From: Prochlorococcus sp. AG-347-J22
Lineage (GTDB): Bacteria; Cyanobacteriota; Cyanobacteriia; PCC-6307; Cyanobiaceae
Reading direction: 5' to 3'
Length of the DNA stretch: 64,000 nt
NCBI GenBank assembly: GCA_003279005.1
Contig: QCBY01000004.1
Location: forward strand, 27,091 to 91,090
Numbering within the stretch: the first letter of the stretch is position 1; each line of letters begins with the position of its first letter. A model generated the notes under the pieces. It was not told where the DNA came from. It made no database searches and saw only the letters and a list, made by a program, of their open reading frames with translations. Below are positions 33,904 through 45,384 of the stretch, piece after piece. The translations under genes were made by a program, and so were the position numbers.

Positions 33904-35487
33904 ATGTCTGGTTCAAGATGGTTTGACAAGTCTCTATTACTTAGAGATGGAGTAAAACTTATATCGAGGATTTGGTTACCTAATAATAATGATGGGCCAT
34001 GGCCTGCATTATTAATGAGGCAACCTTATGGCAGAGAAATAGCTTCAACTATTACCTATTCTCACCCTGAATGGTGGGCTTCCAAAGGCTATATGGTAAT
34101 AATTCAAGATGTTAGAGGTATGGGTTCTTCTGAAGGAGATTTTAATGGTTTTTCTCAAGAAGCTAGAGATACTTCCGAAACACATGAATGGGTAAGGTCT
34201 CTAAAAGAATGTAATGGAAAACTAGGCTTATATGGTTTTTCATATCAAGGATTTACTCAACTAACTGGTGAATCAAATTCAAAGCCACCCGATTGTTTAT
34301 CTCCAGCAATGACTGGGCTTAATATTAAGGATCATTGGTGCTCAGATGGGGGAGCCTATTGGTGGCATAACAATATTGCATGGGGACTTCAAATCGCAGC
34401 ACTAAAAATGAAAAGAGAAAATAATTTGTTTGAGTGGGGAAAAATAAGATTAGCCTTAGAAAATAAAAGTTATTTAAGAGAAGGAATCGATATTTTGAAA
34501 AAATATGATCCTAATAGCTTTGTTTTGGAATGGCTTAAAAATTTAAATAACGCTCGCCACTTTGAAGAATTTAAGCCAATTACGACATGGATTAAACAAC
34601 CTATGTTAATTATTGGAGGACTTTGGGATCCACATTTAAAAGGTGCCTTTGATCTTTATAAAAAATCTAAAGAAGCTGGTGGTAGTCCAGAGATGATTAT
34701 TGGGAACGCGACACATCTAAATTGGTGGGAAGGATCACAAGAATCCTTAGTAAAATTTTTTGATAAACATTTAAAATCAGATGCAAAATCTAATTCTAAG
34801 AATTTAAAAGGCGAGAAAAAAATATGGAATATTTCATTAAATAAATGGGAGGAATTAGATAATAAATTTCACCCTGAATTTATTTTTGGGCTCAAAAGCG
34901 ATGGCACAGCAAATGTAGATGTTGAAGATGGAAGTCTGACCATAAATTCAAGAGGATCAGGATGGTTCACAATTGTTAATGACCCGTGGAGACCAACTCC
35001 ATCTGACGGTGGTCATTTAGGCCCAAATCCAGGAATGTTTGATAGAAGTATTATTGATAAACGTCTGGATGTAGGTGTTTTTCAAACCAATTCTTTTGAA
35101 CAAGATCAATCTTTAAAAGGAGTTCCTACATTAGAAATCCCTGTAAAAAGTGATCAGACCAGTTTCGATATCTGCCTTGCTTTATCTCTAGTTGAAGAAG
35201 GTAATGAGAAGGTGAATCAATTTTCAACTGGATTTTTAAGGGTTAAAAACTCAAAATTAAGTAAAGAATGCGTTTATCAAATAACAATGCAGCCAACAAA
35301 TATTTGTTTGATTAAAGGTAGCAAGCTTCGCTTATCTATATCTGCAGCAGCTTATCCCGCTATTGGAGTTAATCCTGGATTTGCGGAGGGAAATGTTGGG
35401 GCGCCTTCAGCAAATCATAGAATTATTACTCTAAGTTTTAGCCTTAATAAAACATTTATGAAAATGACCCCGTTTTTTAATAAATAA
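33904..35487 (+). CDS. CocE/NonD family serine hydrolase (peptidase S15-like)
   Basis: RDGVKL, RQPYG, QDVRG, GFSYQG nucleophile, GGLWD and C-terminal jelly-roll region. Confidence 0.9.
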   Translation: MSGSRWFDKSLLLRDGVKLISRIWLPNNNDGPWPALLMRQPYGREIASTITYSHPEWWASKGYMVIIQDVRGMGSSEGDFNGFSQEARDTSETHEWVRSLKECNGKLGLYGFSYQGFTQLTGESNSKPPDCLSPAMTGLNIKDHWCSDGGAYWWHNNIAWGLQIAALKMKRENNLFEWGKIRLALENKSYLREGIDILKKYDPNSFVLEWLKNLNNARHFEEFKPITTWIKQPMLIIGGLWDPHLKGAFDLYKKSKEAGGSPEMIIGNATHLNWWEGSQESLVKFFDKHLKSDAKSNSKNLKGEKKIWNISLNKWEELDNKFHPEFIFGLKSDGTANVDVEDGSLTINSRGSGWFTIVNDPWRPTPSDGGHLGPNPGMFDRSIIDKRLDVGVFQTNSFEQDQSLKGVPTLEIPVKSDQTSFDICLALSLVEEGNEKVNQFSTGFLRVKNSKLSKECVYQITMQPTNICLIKGSKLRLSISAAAYPAIGVNPGFAEGNVGAPSANHRIITLSFSLNKTFMKMTPFFNK

Positions 35488-35539
35488 TTTTTTTTTTGGT
35501 TAATCATTTGATATCATTAATCCTTAATATCAACCAGTC

Positions 35540-37804
35540 ATGATCGAAACTATTCAAGCAGACTGGATTAAATCAGAAGCTATCAACCTAGAAAATTGTT
35601 GCAATGATAATCCTTTAAAAATATTAGGTCCTCACTTTCATGAAGAGCATTGGGTAATAAGGGTATGGATGCCTGAAGCAGATGAAGTTAACATAAATTT
35701 TAAAAATAAAATCTATAAGGCAGAAAATATCAACCATAAATGGCTTTTTGAAGCAATCCTACCTGAAAATCCAAATTCTAATTACGAAATAAATATATCA
35801 AGAGGAGGTATCACACATACACAACATGATCCTTGGTCATATAGAGAAGAGTGGATGGGGGAAGTTGATAGGCATCTTTTTGCAGAAGGCAATCATCATC
35901 ATATTTGGGAAAAAATGGGAGCACATCTCATTGAAGAAAAGAATCAAAAAGGAGTCATGTTCTGCATTTGGGCTCCAAATGCAAAATCAATCTCGATAAT
36001 TGGAGATATAAATTCTTGGGATGGAAGACATCATCCAATGCAAAAAAGATTAGGGGGAATTTGGGAACTATTCATGCCAATAATGAAAGAAGGGGACACA
36101 TATAAATATGAAATAAGAACGCAACAAGGTCATATTTATGAGAAAGCTGATCCATATGGTTTTCTTCATGAAATCAGGCCTCAAAATGGTTCCATAGTTT
36201 CAAAATTGAAGAACTTTTATTGGAATGATAGTTCTTGGATTAAGAATAGAGATTCTTCTAGTCAAATTAACAAGCCAATTTCAGTTTATGAGATGCATTT
36301 AGGAAGTTGGCTCCATGAATCAACAGATAATAAATATCTTGAAGATAATGGGGATCCTAGAGACCCAGTGCCCGCCGCAGATTTAAAACCTGAAACAAGA
36401 TTATTAACTTATCCAGAAATAACAAAAAAGCTTATCCCTTATGTTAAAGAGAGAGGATTTACTCATATTGAATTGATGCCAATAGCTGAACATCCTTTCG
36501 ATGGTTCATGGGGATACCAAGTTACGGGCTGGTATGCACCAACAAGTAGATTTGGCACTCCAAATGAATTCAGAGAGTTTGTAAATAAATGTCATGAAGA
36601 GGACATAGGTGTAATTCTCGATTGGGTACCTGGCCATTTTCCAAAAGACAAGCATGGTTTAGCATTTTTTGATGGTTGTCATCTTTATGAACATGGGGAT
36701 TCGCGCATAGGTGAACACAAAGAATGGGGAACTTTAATATTTAATTACAGCAGAAATGAAGTAAGAAATTTCCTTGTAGCCAACCTCGTTTATTGGTTTG
36801 AAGAATTTCATATTGATGGCATACGAGTAGATGCAGTAGCTTCAATGCTATACAGAGATTATTTACGTCCAGATGGAGAATGGATACCTAATGAGAATGG
36901 TGGGAATGAAAATATAGAAGCCGTTAAATTTCTTCAACAGGCAAATCATGTACTCTTCCAACATTACCCTGGTGCACTCTCTATTGCTGAAGAATCAACA
37001 ACTTGGCCAATGGTAACTAAACCAACAGATATGGGAGGATTAGGGTTTAATTTAAAATGGAATATGGGCTGGATGCACGATATGCTCGATTATTTTGAGA
37101 TAGATCCTTGGTTCAGACAATTCCATCAAAATAGCGTGACCTTTTCAATAACTTATAACTACACAGAAAATTTTATGCTTGCCCTAAGCCATGATGAGGT
37201 TGTTCATGGAAAAAGTCATCTTTTACATAAGATGCCAGGAGATGACTGGAAAAAATTTGCTAATACAAGGGCTTTATTAACCTATATGTGGACACATCCT
37301 GGTAAAAAAACAATTTTTATGGGGATGGAATTTGGGCAAAGGCAAGAATGGAATGTTTGGGATGATCTTCAATGGGAACTTTTAGAATTTGAACCTCATA
37401 AAGGTATCAGAAACTTGATAGATGACCTAAATGGGCTTTATAAAAATGAACCGGCGTTATGGAAAAATGACTTTGATCCTTATGGATTCCAGTGGATTGA
37501 TTGTAATGACAAATCTAATTCGGTAATAAGTTTTATGAGAAGAGAAAATGATACCAATGAGTGGCTTGTTATAGTTGCTAACTTTACACCTAATACTCAT
37601 GGGTCATACAAAGTAGGTGTTCCTGTAGAAGGTTTCTACAAGGAGATATTCAATTCAGATGGATCAAGATACGGAGGCAGTAATAAAGGAAATATGGGCG
37701 GTAAAGAAACTTTAAATTACAATATTCATGATTATCAAAATGCCCTTGAACTTGCTTTACCTCCATTAAGCGTTAGTATCTTCAAACATCAATCAAAAAA
37801 ATAA
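35540..37804 (+). CDS. glgB: 1,4-alpha-glucan branching enzyme
   Basis: [39 protein letters not shown]. Confidence 0.98.
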   Translation: MIETIQADWIKSEAINLENCCNDNPLKILGPHFHEEHWVIRVWMPEADEVNINFKNKIYKAENINHKWLFEAILPENPNSNYEINISRGGITHTQHDPWSYREEWMGEVDRHLFAEGNHHHIWEKMGAHLIEEKNQKGVMFCIWAPNAKSISIIGDINSWDGRHHPMQKRLGGIWELFMPIMKEGDTYKYEIRTQQGHIYEKADPYGFLHEIRPQNGSIVSKLKNFYWNDSSWIKNRDSSSQINKPISVYEMHLGSWLHESTDNKYLEDNGDPRDPVPAADLKPETRLLTYPEITKKLIPYVKERGFTHIELMPIAEHPFDGSWGYQVTGWYAPTSRFGTPNEFREFVNKCHEEDIGVILDWVPGHFPKDKHGLAFFDGCHLYEHGDSRIGEHKEWGTLIFNYSRNEVRNFLVANLVYWFEEFHIDGIRVDAVASMLYRDYLRPDGEWIPNENGGNENIEAVKFLQQANHVLFQHYPGALSIAEESTTWPMVTKPTDMGGLGFNLKWNMGWMHDMLDYFEIDPWFRQFHQNSVTFSITYNYTENFMLALSHDEVVHGKSHLLHKMPGDDWKKFANTRALLTYMWTHPGKKTIFMGMEFGQRQEWNVWDDLQWELLEFEPHKGIRNLIDDLNGLYKNEPALWKNDFDPYGFQWIDCNDKSNSVISFMRRENDTNEWLVIVANFTPNTHGSYKVGVPVEGFYKEIFNSDGSRYGGSNKGNMGGKETLNYNIHDYQNALELALPPLSVSIFKHQSKK

Positions 37805-37923
37805 TAAGGCTTATTTAACTTAGTACTTCATATAAATGTTCATATAACGCTTTTGATATGCTTTGCGTTGTAGGATTTTTAAGTTGGAATTTTAAATTTA
37901 AAAAAAACATATCAAATTGAAAA

Positions 37924-38970
37924 ATGGGTGAAAATTTACCGCTACTACTTTCTGCAGCATTAGGTAGAAAAGTAAATAGGCCTCCAGTATGGATGATGAG
38001 GCAAGCAGGAAGATATATGAAAATCTATAGAGATTTAAGGGAGCGTTACCCAAGTTTTAGAGAAAGGTCTGAAAATCCAGAACTATCATATGAAATTTCA
38101 ATGCAACCCTTTCATGCTTTCAAACCAGATGGTGTGATACTTTTTTCAGATATACTGACACCCCTTCCAGGAATGGGTATAAATTTTGAAATAATAGAAA
38201 GTAAAGGTCCAATAATTGAGGAACCAATAAGAACTCTTAGCCAGATAGAAAATTTAAAAGAATTAAATCCAAGTGAGAGTTTAAGCTTTGTAGGTCAAGT
38301 CCTTACTTCACTAAAAAAAGATGTGAATAATGAGGCAACAGTTTTAGGTTTCGTTGGCGCACCTTGGACTCTTGCTGCATATGTTGTTGAAGGTAAAAGC
38401 AGTAAAAATTATTCTTTAATAAAGTCAATGGCATTTAAAGAACCAGATTTACTTCATAAACTTCTTTCTCATTTTGCGAAATCAATAGGCGAATATTTAA
38501 AATATCAAATTAAATCTGGTGCTCAAGTTGTACAAATATTTGACTCATGGGCAGGACAACTAAGTCCACAAGATTATGATGTATTTGCGGGACCATATCA
38601 AAAACAAGTTGTTGATATCGTTAGAGAAAAATATCCTAACACTCCTATTATTTTGTACATATCAGGAAGTGCTGGTGTAATAGAAAGAATGGCTAAAACT
38701 GGAGTAGATATTATTTCATTAGACTGGACAGTAGATATCGAGGAGGCATGCAAGAGAATCCCTGATGGAATTGGGATTCAAGGTAATATTGATCCTGGCA
38801 TATTATTTGGAAGTAAAGAATCAATAAAAGATAGGATTGATAATACTTTCAATAAAATAAAAGATAGAAAATATATTCTCAATTTAGGACATGGTATTTT
38901 ACCTGGGACACCTGAAGAAAATGCTCAGACTTTCTTCGAGCATGGAAAGGAACTCACTTACTTAGTTTGA
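37924..38970 (+). CDS. hemE: Uroporphyrinogen decarboxylase
   Basis: [27 protein letters not shown]. Confidence 0.98.
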   Translation: MGENLPLLLSAALGRKVNRPPVWMMRQAGRYMKIYRDLRERYPSFRERSENPELSYEISMQPFHAFKPDGVILFSDILTPLPGMGINFEIIESKGPIIEEPIRTLSQIENLKELNPSESLSFVGQVLTSLKKDVNNEATVLGFVGAPWTLAAYVVEGKSSKNYSLIKSMAFKEPDLLHKLLSHFAKSIGEYLKYQIKSGAQVVQIFDSWAGQLSPQDYDVFAGPYQKQVVDIVREKYPNTPIILYISGSAGVIERMAKTGVDIISLDWTVDIEEACKRIPDGIGIQGNIDPGILFGSKESIKDRIDNTFNKIKDRKYILNLGHGILPGTPEENAQTFFEHGKELTYLV

Positions 38971-38973
38971 ATC

Positions 38974-39957
38974 TTGGCAAATAAAAACTTATTAATAACA
39001 GGTTCAAATGGATGTGTTGGCCAATATTTAATAAATTGGTTTTTAAAGAACACTAAATTTCAGCTTTACCTTATGGTAAGAGATAAAAGTAAATTACCTC
39101 TTTCTGTTCAAACAAATTCAAGAGTTAATTTAATAATATCTGACATCAGAGAATCACATAAATATAAAAAAGAAATTAGTAGAGTTAATTATTTAATTCA
39201 TACTGCAACAGCTTGGGGAGATCCCAGAAGAACCTATGATGTAAATATCAAAGCTTTTGAAGAATTAGTTGAAATGCTAGATATTAAAAAATTAGAAAAA
39301 ATAATTTATTTTTCAACGGCTAGCATTCTGGATGAAAATACAAATTTAATGAGAGAGTCATTAATTTATGGAACGGAATATATCAAAACAAAATACGAAT
39401 GTTATGAAAGACTAAAAGAAAGTTCTTTTGCCGAAAAGACATTTGTCATTTTCCCAACTTTGGTTTTTGGAGGAACTCTTGGGCGGAAAAGTAGATATCC
39501 TGTGAGTTATTTAACCGGTGGATTAAGAGAAATTGGGAGATGGCTTTGGTTAGCGAGATTCTTAAAACTTGATTCTAAGTTCCACTTTATACATGCAAAT
39601 GATATCGCTCAAATTTGCGGTTTTCTAATAAAAAATCACAAAAAAGAGAAATATCGAGGATTTAGAAAGTTTGTGTTAGGTCAACCATTTATTTCAATTA
39701 ATGATGCAATAAATATACTTTTAAAGAGAAATAAAATGAAGAGATATTTTTCTATACCTCTAACAAAAAAAATTCTGAAAATATTATTAAGAATTCTTCC
39801 TATTCAAACGACTCCATGGGATAGCTTCAGCATAAAAAAATATGACTTTAACCATGTTCCCATAACGAATCCAGAGACATTTAAACTTAAAAGTCATGCC
39901 AAATCATTAAATGATATTTTAAGACTATCAAAGTTACCAAGCTGTAATATCAATTAA
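38974..39957 (+). CDS. NAD-dependent epimerase/dehydratase family protein
   Basis: ITGSNGCVG, HTATAWG, FSTAS, YIKTK (YxxxK). Confidence 0.87.
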   Translation: MANKNLLITGSNGCVGQYLINWFLKNTKFQLYLMVRDKSKLPLSVQTNSRVNLIISDIRESHKYKKEISRVNYLIHTATAWGDPRRTYDVNIKAFEELVEMLDIKKLEKIIYFSTASILDENTNLMRESLIYGTEYIKTKYECYERLKESSFAEKTFVIFPTLVFGGTLGRKSRYPVSYLTGGLREIGRWLWLARFLKLDSKFHFIHANDIAQICGFLIKNHKKEKYRGFRKFVLGQPFISINDAINILLKRNKMKRYFSIPLTKKILKILLRILPIQTTPWDSFSIKKYDFNHVPITNPETFKLKSHAKSLNDILRLSKLPSCNIN

Positions 39958-39990
39958 AAATCTCGCAGTTAGGCTCACAAAACCTTGTAA

Positions 39991-40002
39991 TATATATATA
40001 TA
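39991..40002. repeat. (TA)6 dinucleotide run in the petE upstream region
   Basis: tatatatatata ending 13 nt before the petE ATG. Confidence 0.7.
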
Positions 40003-40015
40003 GTAAATTTAAATT

Positions 40016-40366
40016 ATGTTACGTTCAATCTTTACAGGCTTATTCGCAATAGTTTTAACTTTAGGCCTCGGTATTTCATCGGTTTCTGCAAAAACCGTTG
40101 AAGTTAAACTAGGCACTGATGCGGGAATGCTTGCATTCGAACCAAGTACAGTAACCATCAGTGCAGGTGATACTGTAAAGTTCGTCAACAACAAACTAGC
40201 TCCTCATAATGCAGTTTTTGATGGACATGATGAATTAAGTCATGCTGATTTGGCTTTCGCCCCAGGAGAATCTTGGGAAGAAACATTTGATACTGCAGGA
40301 ACTTATGATTACTATTGCGAACCTCATAGAGGTGCAGGAATGGTAGGAAAAGTAGTAGTAGAATAA
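40016..40366 (+). CDS. petE: Plastocyanin
   Basis: Signal peptide; copper ligands PHN and [11 protein letters not shown]. Confidence 0.98.
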   Translation: MLRSIFTGLFAIVLTLGLGISSVSAKTVEVKLGTDAGMLAFEPSTVTISAGDTVKFVNNKLAPHNAVFDGHDELSHADLAFAPGESWEETFDTAGTYDYYCEPHRGAGMVGKVVVE

Positions 40367-40431
40367 AAACCTTTCTTTTTTGAAGACTAATTGGATTACA
40401 GAAATTCTCTTAGTTATTTTTTAAACCTTTA

Positions 40432-43017
40432 TTGATGAAAATAGTCCCAAAAGAATTTTCAAATTCTGCTTGGGACATTTTTTTATTTGCAAAAAAAACA
40501 GCTCATCAAAATTTTCAGCAAAATGTAGATTCTGATAATTTATTATTCTCACTTATAAAACGCGATAATTTCACAAAAAAGATATTAGAAAAAAATAATG
40601 TGAATATTAAAGTATTAGAAAAAGAAATCAATTTTGCACTAAACTCCAAAGCAAAAATGAGAACTAAACAAGATAATTTATATATAGGTGATACCCTTCA
40701 GAAAATCTTTATTAAAGCGAATGAATTGAAAAATATTCAAGATGATGTAGTGATATCAACAGAACACTTGATTTACGCTTTAACTTATGATGAATTATAC
40801 GGCTTTCAAATTCTCAATCAAAAAAGTGTTCCAGAATTTTTAGAAACTATAAATAAAATGAAATCAGATCCAACAGTTAAAAATGATTTTGATAACTCTA
40901 ATGAGTCTTTAGATAAATTTGGTATTGATCTAACTCAATCAGCTAGTGATGGAATTTTAGATCCAGTGATTGGTAGAGATGAAGAAATTAGAAGAACAAT
41001 ACAAATTTTAAGTAGAAGAACAAAAAATAATCCAGTTCTTATTGGAGAACCAGGGGTTGGTAAAACAGCAATAGTTGAGGGTTTAGCACAAAGAATTATC
41101 AATGGAGATGTGCCTTCTTCATTACAAAAAAGGCAACTAATTTCATTAGATATGGGTTCACTAATAGCGGGAGCAAAATATAGAGGTGAATTTGAAGAAA
41201 GAATAAAAAATGTTTTAAAAAAAGTTAAAGAATCCGAAGGTAGAATCATTCTTTTTATTGATGAAATTCATACAGTAGTCGGAGCAGGTGCGAGTGGAGG
41301 TTCTTTGGATGCAAGTAATCTATTAAAACCTATGCTCGCAAGAGGAGAACTCAGATGTATTGGGGCTACAACGATTAATGAACATAAACAAAATATAGAA
41401 AAGGATCCTGCTCTAGAACGAAGATTCCAGAAAATAAAAATAGAAGCCCCTTCAGTTGATGATACAGTCTCAATATTAAGGGGATTGAAAGAAAGATATG
41501 AAGTTCACCATAGCGTAAGAATTTCTGATAATGCTTTAGTGGCAGCAGCAACTTTGAGTGAAAGATACATTAACGATAGATTTCTTCCTGACAAGGCAAT
41601 AGATCTAATAGATGAAGCGGCTTCAAGATTAAATATGGTTATAACTTCCAAACCCGAGGAAATTGATGAAATTGATCGTAAGGTTTTACAACTTGAAATG
41701 GAAAATTTATCTTTAAAAAGAGAAACAGATGATTTTTCTTCACAGAGATTAAAAAAAATTAAAAATGAACTTTCATCTCTTAAGGACAAACAAGCAGAAT
41801 TAAGTGCTCAATGGAAAAAAGAAAAAGATGAAATTGATGAAATTAGTTCTATTAAGGAAGACATTGAGTCAATTCAGTTGCAAATAGATCAAGCCAAAAG
41901 GAGTTTTGATCTCAATAAAGCTGCAGAATTAGAATTTGGAACTTTGATTACCCTACAAAAAAATTTAGCTAAAAAAAACGATTCCCTAGTTAATTCCTAT
42001 AAAAAAGGTGAGACAAGTCTTTTAAGACAAGAAGTTACTTTTGATGATATTGCTGAGGTTGTATCGAAGTGGACCTCTATTCCAGTTCAAAATTTAAATC
42101 AATCGGAGAAAGAAAAGCTTTTAAGCCTAGAATCAATCCTGAAGGAAAAAATTATTGGTCAGGATAATGCAATAAGTTCAGTTGCTGATTCTATAAAGAG
42201 ATCAAGGACTGGACTAAATGATCCTAACAAGCCACTTGCTAGTTTCCTGTTCTTAGGACCGACTGGGGTAGGAAAAACAGAACTAAGTAAAGTAACTGCA
42301 AAAATTATTTTTGACTCAACTACTTCGATTACAAGACTAGACATGTCTGAGTATATGGAGAAGCATTCTGTTAGCAAAATCATAGGTGCTCCTCCTGGAT
42401 ATTTAGGTTTTGAATCAGGAGGACAACTAACTGAAGCGATACGTAAAAATCCTTACTCATTAATTCTTTTGGATGAAATTGAAAAAGCACACAAAGATAT
42501 CTTAGATATTCTCTTACAAGTTCTTGACGATGGAATAATTACGGATGGTCAGGGTCGCACAATTAGCTTTAAAAACTCAATAATTGTTCTTACAAGCAAT
42601 TTGGGAAGCCAAGCCATAAATGATTTATCCATTAGGAATGAAGATAGAAGTGAAATAAAAAAAGTCGTTGATTCTGAACTGAAAAATTTTTTCAAGCCGG
42701 AGTTTATAAATCGTCTTGATGAAATAGTTATTTTTAATCAATTAGAATTAAATAACTTAAGAGAAATTGCAAAAATACAGCTTAAAAATTTAGAAAATAG
42801 ACTCCACAAAAAAAATCTTGAATTAAAAATAACTAACGATGCTATAGACCATTTAGTAAAAAATAGTTTCGATAATGTATATGGTGCTAGACCTTTAAAA
42901 AGAATTATTCAAAAAGAAATAGAAACGAAAATTGCAAACAATATACTCAATAACTACTATAAAAACAAAAAAGAGGTTTCTATCAGTATTTCTGATGGAG
43001 AAATATTTATTGATTGA
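40432..43017 (+). CDS. clpB: ClpB-type AAA+ chaperone (divergent second ClpB)
   Basis: Two AAA modules ([13 protein letters not shown] and [14 protein letters not shown]), coiled-coil M domain, GARPL. Confidence 0.93.
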   Translation: MMKIVPKEFSNSAWDIFLFAKKTAHQNFQQNVDSDNLLFSLIKRDNFTKKILEKNNVNIKVLEKEINFALNSKAKMRTKQDNLYIGDTLQKIFIKANELKNIQDDVVISTEHLIYALTYDELYGFQILNQKSVPEFLETINKMKSDPTVKNDFDNSNESLDKFGIDLTQSASDGILDPVIGRDEEIRRTIQILSRRTKNNPVLIGEPGVGKTAIVEGLAQRIINGDVPSSLQKRQLISLDMGSLIAGAKYRGEFEERIKNVLKKVKESEGRIILFIDEIHTVVGAGASGGSLDASNLLKPMLARGELRCIGATTINEHKQNIEKDPALERRFQKIKIEAPSVDDTVSILRGLKERYEVHHSVRISDNALVAAATLSERYINDRFLPDKAIDLIDEAASRLNMVITSKPEEIDEIDRKVLQLEMENLSLKRETDDFSSQRLKKIKNELSSLKDKQAELSAQWKKEKDEIDEISSIKEDIESIQLQIDQAKRSFDLNKAAELEFGTLITLQKNLAKKNDSLVNSYKKGETSLLRQEVTFDDIAEVVSKWTSIPVQNLNQSEKEKLLSLESILKEKIIGQDNAISSVADSIKRSRTGLNDPNKPLASFLFLGPTGVGKTELSKVTAKIIFDSTTSITRLDMSEYMEKHSVSKIIGAPPGYLGFESGGQLTEAIRKNPYSLILLDEIEKAHKDILDILLQVLDDGIITDGQGRTISFKNSIIVLTSNLGSQAINDLSIRNEDRSEIKKVVDSELKNFFKPEFINRLDEIVIFNQLELNNLREIAKIQLKNLENRLHKKNLELKITNDAIDHLVKNSFDNVYGARPLKRIIQKEIETKIANNILNNYYKNKKEVSISISDGEIFID

Positions 43018-43065
43018 TAATCTTATTCAAAAATTATTAAATTATCTTAAATTAAATTTAAATAT

Positions 43066-43539
43066 CTAGAATTTGAACCATTCAGGAAATTTTTCATAAC
43101 AAGCTTTATTAGATTTATTTTCTTTTGATTCTGTTCTCCAACAACATGTTCTGCCCTTATCTTTGTCTTGCAAGTATTCATTAGCCCATTTCCAAATCAG
43201 TTCTGAAGTGGATTCCATTCCTACATTATCCATAATTCTCAAATCGAGGGCCTTTAAATTATGCAAATTTTCCCAGTAATTTAACAAAGGGTCATCTTTA
43301 TTTATCAAAAAAGTATGGTCAAATTGTTGCTTTAATCTGTTTTCTAGTGTCTTGAGACTTGAAAAATCTACTACAAAACCGTTTTCATCTAATTCCTTAG
43401 CAGTAAACCAAAAAGTAAATGATCTTGAATATCCATGAACAAAACTACAGTGACCTTTATGGCGCCATTGTCTATGAGAGCATGGGAAATCAGCATAACT
43501 TTTGCTGCAGGTAAATTTTAGGAGAGGATTATGCATCAA
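43066..43539 (-). CDS. 6-pyruvoyl-tetrahydropterin / 6-carboxy-tetrahydropterin synthase family (QueD-like)
   Basis: CSHRQWRHKGHCSFVHGY, GFVVDF, FDHTFL, GME. Confidence 0.85.
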   Translation of the reverse strand: MMHNPLLKFTCSKSYADFPCSHRQWRHKGHCSFVHGYSRSFTFWFTAKELDENGFVVDFSSLKTLENRLKQQFDHTFLINKDDPLLNYWENLHNLKALDLRIMDNVGMESTSELIWKWANEYLQDKDKGRTCCWRTESKENKSNKACYEKFPEWFKF

Positions 43540-43599
43540 TTAACTGTTAAGATAAATTTAAATATTATGCATTGAATAGGGTTTAACGCACAAAACATA

Positions 43600-44262
43600 A
43601 TGACTTATTCAACAAATTTTTCTATAGAAGATCTACACTTTGATAATTATGGATTAATCCCTGCAATAGCACAAGATTGGTTAGACGGATCAATCCTTAT
43701 GCTTGCTTGGATGAATAGAGAATCGTTGACAATGACTCTTGAAACTAAACAAGTTCATTACTGGAGCAGATCAAGATCTGAGATTTGGAGAAAAGGAGCA
43801 ACAAGTGGAAATACCCAATTATTAAAAGAAATAAGATTTGATTGTGATAATGATGCAATAGTTCTCTTAATTGAACAAAATGGCTCAGGGGCTTGTCATA
43901 CTGGAGAAAGAAGTTGTTTCTTCAATGAAATAAATAACACTGAAAGAAATAAAAAAGAGAAAAAGACGACTCCCTTTTCAAATATTTGTTCCGAATTATT
44001 TAATACTATTAACGAAAGATCTATTAAACCTTTAGAAAAAAGTTATACAAATCATTTATTAACAAAAGGCAGTAATACCATCTTAAAAAAAATGGGTGAA
44101 GAAACAGCTGAATTTATTATGGCTTGCAAAGATAATGATAAAATTTCAATCTCAAATGAAGCTGCTGATATAATTTATCATCTTCAAGTTGCCCTGCTGC
44201 ACAAAGGGGTTGAGTGGAAAGATGTACTTAACATTCTCGCATCAAGAAGAAAAAATAAATAA
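43600..44262 (+). CDS. hisIE: Phosphoribosyl-AMP cyclohydrolase / phosphoribosyl-ATP pyrophosphatase
   Basis: [39 protein letters not shown]. Confidence 0.97.
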   Translation: MTYSTNFSIEDLHFDNYGLIPAIAQDWLDGSILMLAWMNRESLTMTLETKQVHYWSRSRSEIWRKGATSGNTQLLKEIRFDCDNDAIVLLIEQNGSGACHTGERSCFFNEINNTERNKKEKKTTPFSNICSELFNTINERSIKPLEKSYTNHLLTKGSNTILKKMGEETAEFIMACKDNDKISISNEAADIIYHLQVALLHKGVEWKDVLNILASRRKNK

Positions 44263-44323
44263 AAAAATTTTCTAAATTAGATAATTTGAAATTAAAAAAT
44301 AATATTAAAATCTACTAAAAAAG

Positions 44324-44372
44324 TAATTAATAATTATTAATTAATTATTAATTAATTATTAATTAATTATTA
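44324..44372. repeat. 20-bp perfect palindrome overlapping an 11-bp tandem repeat (TAATTATTAAT x about 3.8)
   Basis: Palindrome TAATTAATAATTATTAATTA at 44324-44343; repeat units start at 44331, 44342, 44353 and 44364 (last truncated). Confidence 0.85.
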
Positions 44373-44432
44373 CATGTATAGCTTATTAAGAAATTAACTA
44401 TAAGTTAAATATATTAACTAAAGGTATAAATC

Positions 44433-45356
44433 GTGAGTTCATTGAGCGATTTTCTTGGAGAAATAGGTCGTCATAAACTTTTGACACCTGAGATGGAACT
44501 CACTATGGGAAGAAAAGTCCAGGAAATGGTTGTACTAATTAATAGATGCCAAACTGCAGGAGGTAAAGGATCTGCTTGTGAATATTCTGATGTCGAAAAA
44601 AAGAAAATCAAAATTGGTGAGAAGGCTAAGAATGAAATGATTACAGCAAACCTTAGGTTAGTCGTCAATCTTGCAAAAAGGTATCAAGGAAAGGGGTTAG
44701 AACTATTAGACTTGATTCAAGAAGGTACTCTAGGTCTTACTCGGGCTGTAGAAAAATACGATCCTTCAAGAGGACATAGATTTTCCACTTATGCTTACTG
44801 GTGGATAAGGCAGGGTTTAAATAGAGCACTTTCAACGCAAAGTAGAACCATAAGAATACCTGTAAACATAAATGAAAAGCTAACTAAATTAAGAGCAGCA
44901 AAATCAAAACTAATGCAACTTAAAGGTATCCCTCCTACCAGTATTGAATTAGCAGATGAAATGAAAATTACTAAAGAGGAAATTGATGAACTACTTTCTT
45001 GTGAATTGCGAAGCATAACAGTTAGTCTTCAAGGCACTGTAAAATCAAAGGCTGATCCTTCTGAACTTGTGGATATTCTTCCAAGTGATCAAACCCCTCC
45101 AATGGAATTAGCAGAACTTGCAGAGAGAACAGACTCTGCTTGGACACTTTTAGATAAAGCTAATCTTACTGAAAAAGAGAGAAAGATTGTAAGTTTAAGA
45201 TTTGGTTTAGATGGCTCTAATGAATGGAGAACTTTAGCGGAAGTTGCAAGGCATATGAGTTGTAGCAGAGAATATTGTCGACAAGTTGTACAAAGAGCTC
45301 TAAGAAAGCTTAGAAAAGCAGGAATTCAAAATGGACTTGTAGATAGTATTAGCTGA
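44433..45356 (+). CDS. Group 2 sigma-70 family RNA polymerase sigma factor
   Basis: Region 1.2 LGEIGRHKLLT, ANLRLVV, DLIQEG, FSTYAYWWIRQ, region 4 HTH; no region 1.1. Confidence 0.95.
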   Translation: MSSLSDFLGEIGRHKLLTPEMELTMGRKVQEMVVLINRCQTAGGKGSACEYSDVEKKKIKIGEKAKNEMITANLRLVVNLAKRYQGKGLELLDLIQEGTLGLTRAVEKYDPSRGHRFSTYAYWWIRQGLNRALSTQSRTIRIPVNINEKLTKLRAAKSKLMQLKGIPPTSIELADEMKITKEEIDELLSCELRSITVSLQGTVKSKADPSELVDILPSDQTPPMELAELAERTDSAWTLLDKANLTEKERKIVSLRFGLDGSNEWRTLAEVARHMSCSREYCRQVVQRALRKLRKAGIQNGLVDSIS

Positions 45357-45384
45357 AAGTTGTTAATTAACTCATTTAAAAAGT

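Noticed and set aside
40367-40431. CIRCE element or strong terminator upstream of clpB
   Set aside because: No TTAGCACTC-N9-GAGTGCTAA, and only a weak, imperfect stem
44324-44372. Tandem repeat as a CRISPR array or oriC unwinding element
   Set aside because: No spacers, no cas genes and no flanking DnaA-box cluster
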